Shown here: positions 19,896 through 28,059 of the stretch, piece by piece | Layout of the letters: every line of letters starts with the position of its first letter | Numbering within the stretch: position 1 is the stretch's first letter | NCBI GenBank assembly: GCA_000830275.1 | Contig: CP010424.1 | Location: 870,001 to 902,000 of the forward strand | Reading direction: 5' to 3' | Source of the DNA: an archaeon GW2011_AR10 | Lineage (GTDB): Archaea; Iainarchaeota; Iainarchaeia; Iainarchaeales; GW2011-AR10 | DNA: 32,000 bases | Notes under the pieces: generated by a model | The model's database searches: none | What the model was told of the DNA's origin: nothing | The model's input: the letters and a program-made list of their open reading frames with translations, nothing else | Translations under genes and position numbers: made by a program

Positions 19896-20909
19896 TTATT
19901 TCTTTTCCTGTTTTGGTTGCTGTGCCTGCTTGCTTTTCCTGCTAGCCATAAAGAAAAACAGCAGAGCAATTACAAGCAATGCAAGCAAACCCAAAATTAT
20001 TGGGTTATTCAATCCAATAGTGCTTAAATCAAACAAGCCAAAGAAACCAACAGGCGGTGCCTGAAGCGATTCAGTTCCTTCTTCTCCTGTTCCCTGCTCT
20101 CCTAAAGCATTCTGGTCTTCAACGCTTGTTCCCTGGCTTTCCGGCTCAGTTTCAATTTCTTCATCCGGAATGAATGGCCCGGTTTCTTCTTCCACTGGCT
20201 GGCCAGCAACAGTAACAGTAACCCTTTCCTCTCCTAAAAGAGTGCTGCCGCTGCCCTTCTTGTGAAGCTGTATTACTTTCGTGCCGGCAGAAGAAAAGGA
20301 ATACTTGAATTCCTGGAAAGCATTGCTCTTTGGAAGGCTCCTGATACTGGTTCCGTCAACTAAAACAGTGCAGCCAAAGCTCCAAGTGCACTTTGCTTTA
20401 ATCGTAACCTCTTGCCCAACCTCAATTGAAGTTGGGTTAACTTCAAGCAGGTCAACAGAACCGCTGCCGCTGCCTCCGCCGCCTCCACCACCGCCGCCAC
20501 CGCCGCCACCGCCGCCACCGCCGCCACCGCCAGGCCCGGGCACGGGTGGAGTGGAAACAGTGATTGCAAGGTTAAGGTTAGTTAAGGCGCCGTTCTCAAA
20601 AACTGATGTTGCAGCCAAAACATCGTTAACATAAAACTCTATTGTCTTACCATGATTCTGGCTGTTGGGGTCCTGAACGAAGAATAAGTTAGGGTCATAG
20701 CCATACTTTCCATTGGTTGTAGTTGAACTTGTGACAACTTGGCCGCCAATAAATGCTTTAACTGCTGTGCCATTTGGTGCAGCGGAATCATTAATTGTAA
20801 CGCTTCCATAGAATTGGTGTGGAATTCCCGGCACGGCGTAAACTGAAGCAGCAATAACTAAAACGAAAAAAATAAGCGCGAAACGTCTAAAGGCATTAAA
20901 AAAATTCAT
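19896..20909 (-). CDS. Secreted, C-terminally membrane-anchored surface protein with a poly-Gly hinge
   Basis: GAGGGG lies 5 nt upstream of the ATG. The protein has a signal peptide (RRFALIFFVLVIAASVYA), a beta-sandwich-like N-domain (PHQFYGSVTINDSAAPNGTAVKAFIGG), G20 followed by SGSGS, an Ig/PKD-like domain, an acidic linker, a C-terminal TM helix (IILGLLALLVIALLFFFMA) and a basic tail (SRKSKQAQQPKQEKK). Confidence 0.9.
   Translation of the reverse strand: MNFFNAFRRFALIFFVLVIAASVYAVPGIPHQFYGSVTINDSAAPNGTAVKAFIGGQVVTSSTTTNGKYGYDPNLFFVQDPNSQNHGKTIEFYVNDVLAATSVFENGALTNLNLAITVSTPPVPGPGGGGGGGGGGGGGGGGGGGGSGSGSVDLLEVNPTSIEVGQEVTIKAKCTWSFGCTVLVDGTSIRSLPKSNAFQEFKYSFSSAGTKVIQLHKKGSGSTLLGEERVTVTVAGQPVEEETGPFIPDEEIETEPESQGTSVEDQNALGEQGTGEEGTESLQAPPVGFFGLFDLSTIGLNNPIILGLLALLVIALLFFFMASRKSKQAQQPKQEKK
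20472..20531. repeat. (GGY)20 trinucleotide microsatellite encoding 20 consecutive Gly
   Basis: Codon-by-codon reading of 20472..20531 on the minus strand gives 20 GGN codons, mostly GGC/GGT with a gccgccacc periodicity. It is flanked by PGPG and SGSGS. Confidence 0.95.
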
Positions 20910-20972
20910 TTTTCCCCTCTATATAGTTAATAATAAATAAAAAGAATTAAAAAAGGGACTCTTAGTTAGCCC

Positions 20973-23900
20973 CTAAATGAATCCACAATTTGTTGTGAAC
21001 TCGTACTGGCCTGTTTCACCTGTTGAAAGCCAGTAACCTGCTCCAGCGTCAAGGCTGTCAGAGTAAGCGTAGCCACTCCACTGGTCTGGGTTGTCTGGCT
21101 CCCAGTAGCCGAGCAAGGAAGTCCAGCCTTTATCTAAGAATGAATCTCCCAATGAGAAGAGCACGCATCCAGCATCTCTTCCTGGCCCTTCAGTGAAGTC
21201 TGTGTCAGGCCCATCATACATTGTCTTTGTGTCTAATGGCGGGTTGAACAAACCATCATTGCCATAGTAGCCTATCAAGTTCCATCCGGGCACTATTGGC
21301 CAGTTTGGTGGTGTAACCGCTGGGCTGAATAATGCTCCGCCTATTACAAGCATTTCATCCTTGAACATTCTAACCCAATAACCTCTTCCTGGCTCCATTG
21401 TTTCAAGGTTGCTTGTTTCCGGGCTTGAAGGCCTGTACACTGACCATTCCTCTGATTCAGAGTCATAAGCCCAGACACTTTCAACGTTATCATCTATTGG
21501 TGCAAACACTAATGCAATGTTGTCGTCCTGCAATACGAACGGAACACTGACTAGGTTCCACTTCTTGTTCAAGTTAATCTTGAAGCTTGTTCCCTCAACC
21601 TTGAACTTCTCGTCATCTATTGGGCCCTTGTTTCCAAGTGCATCCTCACAATAGAACTTGAGGTTATGCTCTGATTCCTCAAGGAAGTAGAAAGTGTAGT
21701 CCTCGTTTTCGCCCACGACTTGGCAGCTGCCGTCTCCATTGGCATTAAAGTCTCCACTGTATTCATTGCAGTATTCCTCTGTTACATCGTCGCCATCAAA
21801 GTCAACCATGAAGAACATGCTGCTGTGGTCAACTGGGTGCGGTTCAGGGTCATCACAAGCCATTGTTATTGGAGTGAGCAAAGTTACTTTCCAGCATTCT
21901 ATCTGGTCCTCTTGCCCGTTCCAGCAAAGCTCATCAATATCATAGTAGACTGCGTCAGCACCATCCCATGTTTCGCCTGGCTCTCCGACAGTCTTAATCG
22001 GGTCAGGCCCTGTGTTGTCAATGTAAATGCATTCCCTCTTTGCATCCTCCACCTTGTTTACATTATCAACACTATAGTATTCTATCAAGTGGCAGCTTTC
22101 CTCATCAACATTGAATGGCTCTCCAGTATATTTCTGCCATTCTCCGGAGCCTTCTGCATCATCACAGTAAACTTCATTGTACTCTTCCTCAACTCCAACA
22201 TCGCAGAAGTTGTCATCAACTTGTGTTATCCTGTAGAATGTCATGTTCACATCGCTTGGATGCGGCTCTGGATCAAAAGCTGAGAGGAACACATTCAAAT
22301 CGCTTGTTCCCCACTGCGGAACCCAGTGCTCTCCCTCGTCTAAAGCGCAGTACTGCTCAAGGCATGACTCCCATTCTTGCCCATCAAGAGCATAGCACCA
22401 GTCATAACAGGAGAAATATGGGTCCTCACCAAATCTCTTCTCAGTTATTGGAGGTGTTTTGTCAACAAAGAATACTTCTTCATCCACCGAAGTGTTGCCA
22501 AGTGCATCATAGCAAGTGATTGTGAGGTGGTGCTCTGATTCCTCCGGGAAGTTGATTACAAACGGTGGAGTAACTCCTTGTTCTCCGCCCTGTGCACCAT
22601 CGTCATCAGCAACATAATATGACCAGTCACACAGCACTTCATTTACTGGGTGAGGTTCAGGATCAAAAGCATCAACGTGTATTTCTGTTACGCCATCAAT
22701 TATGCATCTGTCTCCTTCTTCTTGTGGCGGGCAGTCGCCTATTTGCGGGCCAACAACTGTTTTCTCAATTACTGGAGGAGTGTCCTCAACAAAGAAGTAC
22801 TCCACATCTGTTTCCCCTGTGTTTCCGAGTGCGTCCTCGCAATAGAATTCCAAGTCATGCAAGGATTCTTCCTCAAAGCTCACTTCAACCGGTCCGAAGG
22901 CACCGTACCAGTCACTGTAACTCCATGAGTTTCCGTCATGGAAACTGAAGCGCCAGTTCACTGTTTCGTGGTCAACTGGATGGGGCTCCTGGTCTTCACA
23001 GTCTAACAGGAACGGTGTCTTTGTTGTAACCCAATCCTCTCTTTCGCCATCGCACTTTGGCTCAGGAGGCTGACCGCCAAGGCCGCATGTTTGGGGCTCA
23101 ATAGCATAAGCTCTTGCCTGCCCAGCATAAGCATCCCTAATCCACATTACTTCAGTTGGAGAGAATGTATCTGGATCGCACTCCATGTCCTCAATTCTAA
23201 AGCCAGTGTTCACGAACTCGTCGAGCAATGTGAGAGTGTCCCTGTCTACTCTGAGGGTTACTTCACTGCCGTTTGTGCCAAGGTAGAAGTTGTCTCCTCC
23301 AATGGCTATTCCACTCTGGTGGCACAGCCTTGAATCTATTGCACAAACGTCAACAGTTCCAAGGAAGTCACCATTGGTATCCATATGCACCATTGGCTCG
23401 CTAACATCGTCGCTATACCAAATGCTGTCATCGGTTGCATCATAAGCAATTCCGTCATCCAAGCAGTATGTTATGTACGCTGATGACACAGAAAACATGT
23501 AGGTTGCGTCTCCCGTAACCGGGTCAATCAAGTAAACTGGCCCGCCACCGCTTCCATCGCAGCCGTAAGTGCCTGCCCACAGCTTGCCCCTGTCAGCATC
23601 GTAGGAAAGCGCGCCCAAACCTGTTTGGGTTACTCCTGATGTTGGAATGACCGCATGGCCAGAGCCATCAGGCCTAATCTTGTAAAGGTTTTTTGAGGAA
23701 ATGTAAGTGTAGTACAGGAATTCCCCATCGAATGCAACTCCAACTCCGGTGCTGCCCCCTTCCGGGAAAGTAATTGTGTCAACTTCGTCTCCAACATTGT
23801 AGTCTCCACCGACACCGCCGCCTCCGCCGCCATCTTCACCGTTTTCTTCGCAGATTTCGCCGTCAAACTTGATTACGTGAGGCTCGCCAATCCTCTTGAG

Positions 23901-26534
23901 CCCTTCCGGCGGAGTGTTATCAACGAAAACGCACTGCCAGTTCAATTCCTCAGTGTTTCCTAATTTGTCAACAGAATAGTATTCAATAACGTGGCAGGAT
24001 TCTCCTTCCTTCTGGAAAGTAACGTGCTCGCCGTTGACATCATTGAATGGTGCCTGCGGGTCAATGAACTGGTAATAGAATTCCGGGTTGCATAATTCAA
24101 CTTCATTGCATGCATCAAAGCCTTCTTCATCCCCAATAACCTGGTTTCTCCAGAAAATCTTGTCAACGCCAACCTTTTCGTCCTCTGCCCACAAACTTAC
24201 ATTGGTGTCAGAAGTAATCCAGTGAGGATATGCTTCCTCGCTGTGGCCATCGTAGCCGCCGCAAACTTGCCTTACGCAAAGCGCTTGGCCTTCCTCATTG
24301 TCAGGATACTCGTACTCGCACCAGTCAGTGCAGGAAAAGAATGGGTCACTGTACATCTTTGTTGTTTCAGGCGGGGTTGAGTCGACAAGGAATGTTTCTG
24401 TGTCCTCAACACTGTTTCCAAGGCCGTCCTCACAGTAAACTCTCAGTTCGTGAGTGGAATCTTCCCTGAAAACAACGTTAGCGTCGCTGCTGAATTCGCC
24501 GCCATCTATTAAGCACCAGCCATCATCGTAGTCTTCGCCGCCTTCTTCATCACAGGTTTCCTCATCAGTTTCCCACCAAACTTCATAATTGCACCAAACA
24601 TCGTCAACGTGGCAGATTTCTCCGCCGTCTGAAACATTAATGCTTACTCCGCTTGTGCCGTTGTCAGCAACAAAGCACTCATCATCTTCATCCTGCGGAG
24701 GGCAATCTCCAAGCCAGCTTCCAAACATTTCTTTTTCAATGCTTGGAGGGGTTGAGTCAACCTTGTAGTTCTGCAGTTCTGTTTCTGTTCGCTTTCCGAC
24801 CGCATCCCTGCAAAAGTACTCCAAGTCATGCATTGAGTCCTCTTCTTCATTGAAGTTGAACACAAAAACGTTTTCCTCGAATTCGCCTATTGGAATAACG
24901 CACCAGCCATCTTCCATTGTGCCGCCGTACTTAGCGCAGTATTCTTCAGTTAAGTAGCCGTCATCAGCCAAATCATAGGAAACCTTCAACAACAGCTCTT
25001 CCCCTTCAGCTGGATGTGGTTCTTGGTCAGCGCAGTAAAATGTAATGTCTGTTTGCGGTGTAACCCAGTGGAACAAACCGTTAGTGTCAGGGAAAGCATT
25101 ATAGTCGTAATCGTCTCCTGATGGTTGCCCTACGCGCTTCTCAAGGTAAGGAGGTGTTTTGTCAACAAAGAAGCAGTTGACATTCATGCCCTCTTCGTTG
25201 CCCAAGTTGTCAACACTGAAAAACTGGAGCAAGTGGCATGACTCTTGGTCTTTCTCTATTGGTTCTCCTCTGTAAAGATTCCATTGCTCTGAAACACCGC
25301 ACACATTATAAACTCTTTCCTCAACGCACTCTTCCCAGCTGTCGTATTCATCCTCTTCCCAGTTCTCATCACAGTAATCCTGCTGGTCGTCAATGCATCC
25401 CGGGTATTCCTGAGTTTCGTAAGGCGATGGGAACTGTGCTTCGCAGTATTCCTGCGGGTTGTAGCACTTATTCCATTTGTCCGGGTTTTGGAACACAACG
25501 TTCTTGTACCATATCTTGTCAACCCCACTTGGATGGGGTTCTGGGTCTTCAGCTGTTAATTCAACCAGTGTAACAGAATCAATCCATTCTGCGCCATTCT
25601 CAGCAATCTTTACCGGGCCAATGAACATCTTGTTTGTGTCAGGCGGAACTGTTTCAATGTAATCAATTTCTGTTACTGTTGTAACGTTTCCTGCAATGTC
25701 AACACACTCTATTTCAACAAAGTGGTTTGAGTCCTCCTCAAACTGCCATTCTTCAAAGTGCAGTGAATATGGGTCTCCATAAAATGGTTCCCATTCACTT
25801 GGCTCTCCGCCGTTTACAGAGTATCTGAACTGGCAGTAGCCGTCATCAACATCGTATTGCTCGCCTTCAAATCCGAGGTTGCACTCGTTTATTTCAGTGC
25901 TTTCATCGCCCCAGAAAGCGAATTCAGTGTTTTGGGTTCCATAATAATTGCATGCTTGGTTTCCTAAACCATTATAATCCTGCTCTTCGCATGCGTCAAG
26001 CACAATTTTTGGGTCGCCAACCATTTTTGTTACTTCAGGCGCCCTGCAGTCAATGAAAACCTGTGGAGAATTGAATTCGTGTTCTCCTATTGGCTGCGCA
26101 TTGTCAAGGGTTGAAATCAAAAATGAGCTAGCACAAGCATCGCTGCTCATTACTGCGTCGAATGAAAAATCAACGCTTTCTCCGGGGGCAATTGTATTTT
26201 GGTTTGAGCTTGATTGATGGGTTTTATATTCACAGTAACCAAAGTCACCAGTAAAATCAAACAATGTCCAGCCGCTTGGTGCAGGACCACAGGAAAAGTC
26301 AGATAAGCCGGCAACTGCCTTATAAATCCTCACTTCAAAAATGTTGTGGTCGCTTTCATCGTCGTTCTTAACGTTTACATTGAAAGTGTTTCCGAGCTCG
26401 GAGCAGTTTGCAATTGCGGGGTCGATTGTGATTATTGCATCATGTACAGCGAAAGCGTAACCAAAAAGTAGAACAAAAGAGAGAAACAGGATGGAAAGTT
26501 TTGGGAATCTATGATTGTTTGTGTTCAACGACAT
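20973..26534 (-). CDS. Large (about 1,853-1,861 aa) secreted surface protein made of repeated Ig-like modules with a (D/Q)EPHP signature, plus an embedded beta-propeller-like domain
   Basis: The longest ORF starts at TTG 26558. ATG 26534 is preceded by GGTGGGG (SD-like) and gives MSLNTNNHRFPKLSILFLSFVLLFGYAFA (signal peptide). Six D[PQ]EPHP motifs are present, along with repeated V(D/E)(S/K/N/D)TPP boundaries, FYCEDALGN and ESCH(L/V)(L/I)..(F/Y)SVDN(L/V)(G/N)N motifs. Confidence 0.93.
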   Translation of the reverse strand: MSLNTNNHRFPKLSILFLSFVLLFGYAFAVHDAIITIDPAIANCSELGNTFNVNVKNDDESDHNIFEVRIYKAVAGLSDFSCGPAPSGWTLFDFTGDFGYCEYKTHQSSSNQNTIAPGESVDFSFDAVMSSDACASSFLISTLDNAQPIGEHEFNSPQVFIDCRAPEVTKMVGDPKIVLDACEEQDYNGLGNQACNYYGTQNTEFAFWGDESTEINECNLGFEGEQYDVDDGYCQFRYSVNGGEPSEWEPFYGDPYSLHFEEWQFEEDSNHFVEIECVDIAGNVTTVTEIDYIETVPPDTNKMFIGPVKIAENGAEWIDSVTLVELTAEDPEPHPSGVDKIWYKNVVFQNPDKWNKCYNPQEYCEAQFPSPYETQEYPGCIDDQQDYCDENWEEDEYDSWEECVEERVYNVCGVSEQWNLYRGEPIEKDQESCHLLQFFSVDNLGNEEGMNVNCFFVDKTPPYLEKRVGQPSGDDYDYNAFPDTNGLFHWVTPQTDITFYCADQEPHPAEGEELLLKVSYDLADDGYLTEEYCAKYGGTMEDGWCVIPIGEFEENVFVFNFNEEEDSMHDLEYFCRDAVGKRTETELQNYKVDSTPPSIEKEMFGSWLGDCPPQDEDDECFVADNGTSGVSINVSDGGEICHVDDVWCNYEVWWETDEETCDEEGGEDYDDGWCLIDGGEFSSDANVVFREDSTHELRVYCEDGLGNSVEDTETFLVDSTPPETTKMYSDPFFSCTDWCEYEYPDNEEGQALCVRQVCGGYDGHSEEAYPHWITSDTNVSLWAEDEKVGVDKIFWRNQVIGDEEGFDACNEVELCNPEFYYQFIDPQAPFNDVNGEHVTFQKEGESCHVIEYYSVDKLGNTEELNWQCVFVDNTPPEGLKRIGEPHVIKFDGEICEENGEDGGGGGGVGGDYNVGDEVDTITFPEGGSTGVGVAFDGEFLYYTYISSKNLYKIRPDGSGHAVIPTSGVTQTGLGALSYDADRGKLWAGTYGCDGSGGGPVYLIDPVTGDATYMFSVSSAYITYCLDDGIAYDATDDSIWYSDDVSEPMVHMDTNGDFLGTVDVCAIDSRLCHQSGIAIGGDNFYLGTNGSEVTLRVDRDTLTLLDEFVNTGFRIEDMECDPDTFSPTEVMWIRDAYAGQARAYAIEPQTCGLGGQPPEPKCDGEREDWVTTKTPFLLDCEDQEPHPVDHETVNWRFSFHDGNSWSYSDWYGAFGPVEVSFEEESLHDLEFYCEDALGNTGETDVEYFFVEDTPPVIEKTVVGPQIGDCPPQEEGDRCIIDGVTEIHVDAFDPEPHPVNEVLCDWSYYVADDDGAQGGEQGVTPPFVINFPEESEHHLTITCYDALGNTSVDEEVFFVDKTPPITEKRFGEDPYFSCYDWCYALDGQEWESCLEQYCALDEGEHWVPQWGTSDLNVFLSAFDPEPHPSDVNMTFYRITQVDDNFCDVGVEEEYNEVYCDDAEGSGEWQKYTGEPFNVDEESCHLIEYYSVDNVNKVEDAKRECIYIDNTGPDPIKTVGEPGETWDGADAVYYDIDELCWNGQEDQIECWKVTLLTPITMACDDPEPHPVDHSSMFFMVDFDGDDVTEEYCNEYSGDFNANGDGSCQVVGENEDYTFYFLEESEHNLKFYCEDALGNKGPIDDEKFKVEGTSFKINLNKKWNLVSVPFVLQDDNIALVFAPIDDNVESVWAYDSESEEWSVYRPSSPETSNLETMEPGRGYWVRMFKDEMLVIGGALFSPAVTPPNWPIVPGWNLIGYYGNDGLFNPPLDTKTMYDGPDTDFTEGPGRDAGCVLFSLGDSFLDKGWTSLLGYWEPDNPDQWSGYAYSDSLDAGAGYWLSTGETGQYEFTTNCGFI
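23095..23785 (-). other. Beta-propeller-like (NHL/YVTN-type) domain inserted in the 1,861-aa protein
   Basis: GVAFDGEFLYYTY..LYKIRPDG.., LSYDADRGKLWAGT.., GIAYDATDDSIWYSD.., GIAIGGDNFYLGT.. are repeated blade-like G(I/V)A.D....(L/W)Y segments. A GGGGGGVGG linker precedes the domain. Confidence 0.55.
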
Positions 26535-26686
26535 TACCCCACCAAAAATAAAATGCAATTCAAATTTATGCGCTGAATGTTTTTTAAATAAATGCCTGCT
26601 TTTTTGCTACATAAATTTTTACTACTGTGTGGTTGTAACTAAAAAGCATTCTTTGCTTTTGAAATTATGGGCAGAATAATTTTTAA

Positions 26687-27739
26687 ATGAAATTCTTTTT
26701 TTCTCTACATAAGTTTTGGGAGATTGTTTATATTTCTTTTTTGTATTCTTATATTGGTGGTTGCTTGTTTGATGTTGTTTCGGTTGGCTCGGCAACAAGG
26801 GATGTTTTTGTGAGGGTTCACCCAAAAGTATTTAAGGGCAACATCTGTTTTTTGCCTGGAAGCAAGGTGGAAGTGGAGGAAGTTGACTACTTTTCTGGGG
26901 GAGGAGCAACCAATTCAGCTGTTGCTTTCTCGCGCTTGGGCCTTAAAGCAGCTGCCCTGTGCTCTTTGGGAAAGGACTTGAATGCCGAGAGAATCTTGAA
27001 GGAACTGAAAAAGGAGCGGGTTTCAACCGCGCTGGTTGAGTTTTCCAAGGAGAAAAAAACAGCTTACTCTGTTATCCTCACTGGTTTTGGAAGGGACAGG
27101 GTGATTTTAGCGTATCGCGGGGCAACAGCGCAGCTGAATGACGCGAAAAAAATCCCTTGGAGGAAACTTGAGGAAATGAAGGCGAAATGGCTCTATGTTT
27201 CAAGCCTGCACGCAAAAATAGGGGTTTTGAGGAAACTGTTTTTGTTTGCGGAAAAAACCAAAATCAGGGTTGCTTGGAACCCAGGCATGGTTGAATTAAA
27301 GCAGGGTTTGGAAAAGCTGAAGCCCCTGCTCAAAAAAGTTGATGTGCTGCTGTTAAACAAAAGCGAGGCACTGACGTTAACGCACAACGCGGGAGTTGAA
27401 AGGAACCTTGAGAAGCTTAACCGGTTTTGCGCAATTGTCGTGATAACTGAGGGAAAGCACGGCGTGCACGCAAGCGACGGAAAATTCACTTACTTCAAGA
27501 AACCATTCAAGGTAAAAGTTTTGGACAATACTGGGGCGGGAGACGCATTCAACTCTGCTTTTGTTGCAGCGCTCATCAGGGGAAAAAAAGTTGAGGAAGC
27601 GCTTGGCTGGGGAATGGCTAATGCAAACTCCGTAATCCAGTACCTTGGAACGAAAAATATTCTGTTAACTCAATCGGGAATAAAAAAGTTTTTGAGGAAG
27701 CACGGAAAAAACGAAACACGGAAAAAAAAATATGCCTAA
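26687..27739 (+). CDS. PfkB-family (ribokinase-like) carbohydrate or nucleoside kinase
   Basis: FDVVSVGSATRDV, GGGATNSAVAFSRLG and DNTGAGDAFNSAFVAAL (PfkB signature 2). The first 26 codons (MKFFFSLHKFWEIVYISFLYSYIGGC) look like translated AT-rich promoter DNA. In-frame TTG 26765 (MFDVVSVGS..) is the likely start. Confidence 0.9.
   Translation: MKFFFSLHKFWEIVYISFLYSYIGGCLFDVVSVGSATRDVFVRVHPKVFKGNICFLPGSKVEVEEVDYFSGGGATNSAVAFSRLGLKAAALCSLGKDLNAERILKELKKERVSTALVEFSKEKKTAYSVILTGFGRDRVILAYRGATAQLNDAKKIPWRKLEEMKAKWLYVSSLHAKIGVLRKLFLFAEKTKIRVAWNPGMVELKQGLEKLKPLLKKVDVLLLNKSEALTLTHNAGVERNLEKLNRFCAIVVITEGKHGVHASDGKFTYFKKPFKVKVLDNTGAGDAFNSAFVAALIRGKKVEEALGWGMANANSVIQYLGTKNILLTQSGIKKFLRKHGKNETRKKKYA
26727..26734 (+). 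promoter_or_regulatory. TATA-like box (TTTATATT) upstream of the likely true start of the kinase gene
   Basis: It is centred about 35 nt upstream of TTG 26765, but lies inside the longest ORF that begins at 26687. Confidence 0.35.
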
Positions 27740-27765
27740 TGAGGTGCTTGAACCGCTTAAAAAGG

Positions 27766-27777
27766 TTTTATTTTTCT
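27766..27777 (+). terminator. T-rich tract (TTTTATTTTTCT) after the kinase gene
   Basis: An oligo-T run lies 27 nt downstream of stop codon 27737..27739. Confidence 0.35.
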
Positions 27778-27878
27778 CAGGCGGCATAGAAATGTTGTGC
27801 TCTCTTCAAATATAGCAAATGACAAAAATATTTGAACAAAACAAGGTCATTTGCTATCTATCAGGAGACAATAAATGT

Positions 27879-28059
27879 GTCAAGAACCACCGACTAAAGT
27901 CAAAACTTTGGCAAAAAAAACTATTGGATTTTATTCACTTGCCAAAGTTTTGGGTGGCATGTTTAGAATATCCCAAAACAGGCAAGTGGTTCTTGACAGT
28001 AGCAATTCCAATGAACCACTCATTAAAATGAGTGGAATTGCATGATTCAAAAATTAATG
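27879..28059 (+). repeat. Conserved structured intergenic element, copy 2 (the most complete copy; candidate ncRNA or cis-regulatory element)
   Basis: P1 is a 12-bp stem, GTCAAGAACCAC 27879-27890 with GTGGTTCTTGAC 27986-27997. It encloses a 13-bp hairpin, AAAACTTTGGCAA 27902-27914 with TTGCCAAAGTTTT 27939-27951. CAGTAG follows, then P2 (GCAATT 28002-28007 with AATTGC 28036-28041) and P3 (CCACTCAT 28016-28023 with ATGAGTGG 28028-28035). The 3' block is GGAATTGCATGATTCAAAAAT. Confidence 0.55.

Noticed and set aside
20281-20634. A 117-aa plus-strand ORF with a poly-Pro run, and a 69-aa minus-strand ORF with poly-Ala/Val
   Set aside because: Both are alternative readings of the (GGY)20 microsatellite inside the well-supported 337-aa gene.
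27819-28031. A 70-aa plus-strand ORF in the kinase-NYN spacer
   Set aside because: It coincides with nested perfect stems of 9-13 bp (element copy 2). Its peptide has no motif and no start context. A structured RNA or DNA element explains the sequence better.
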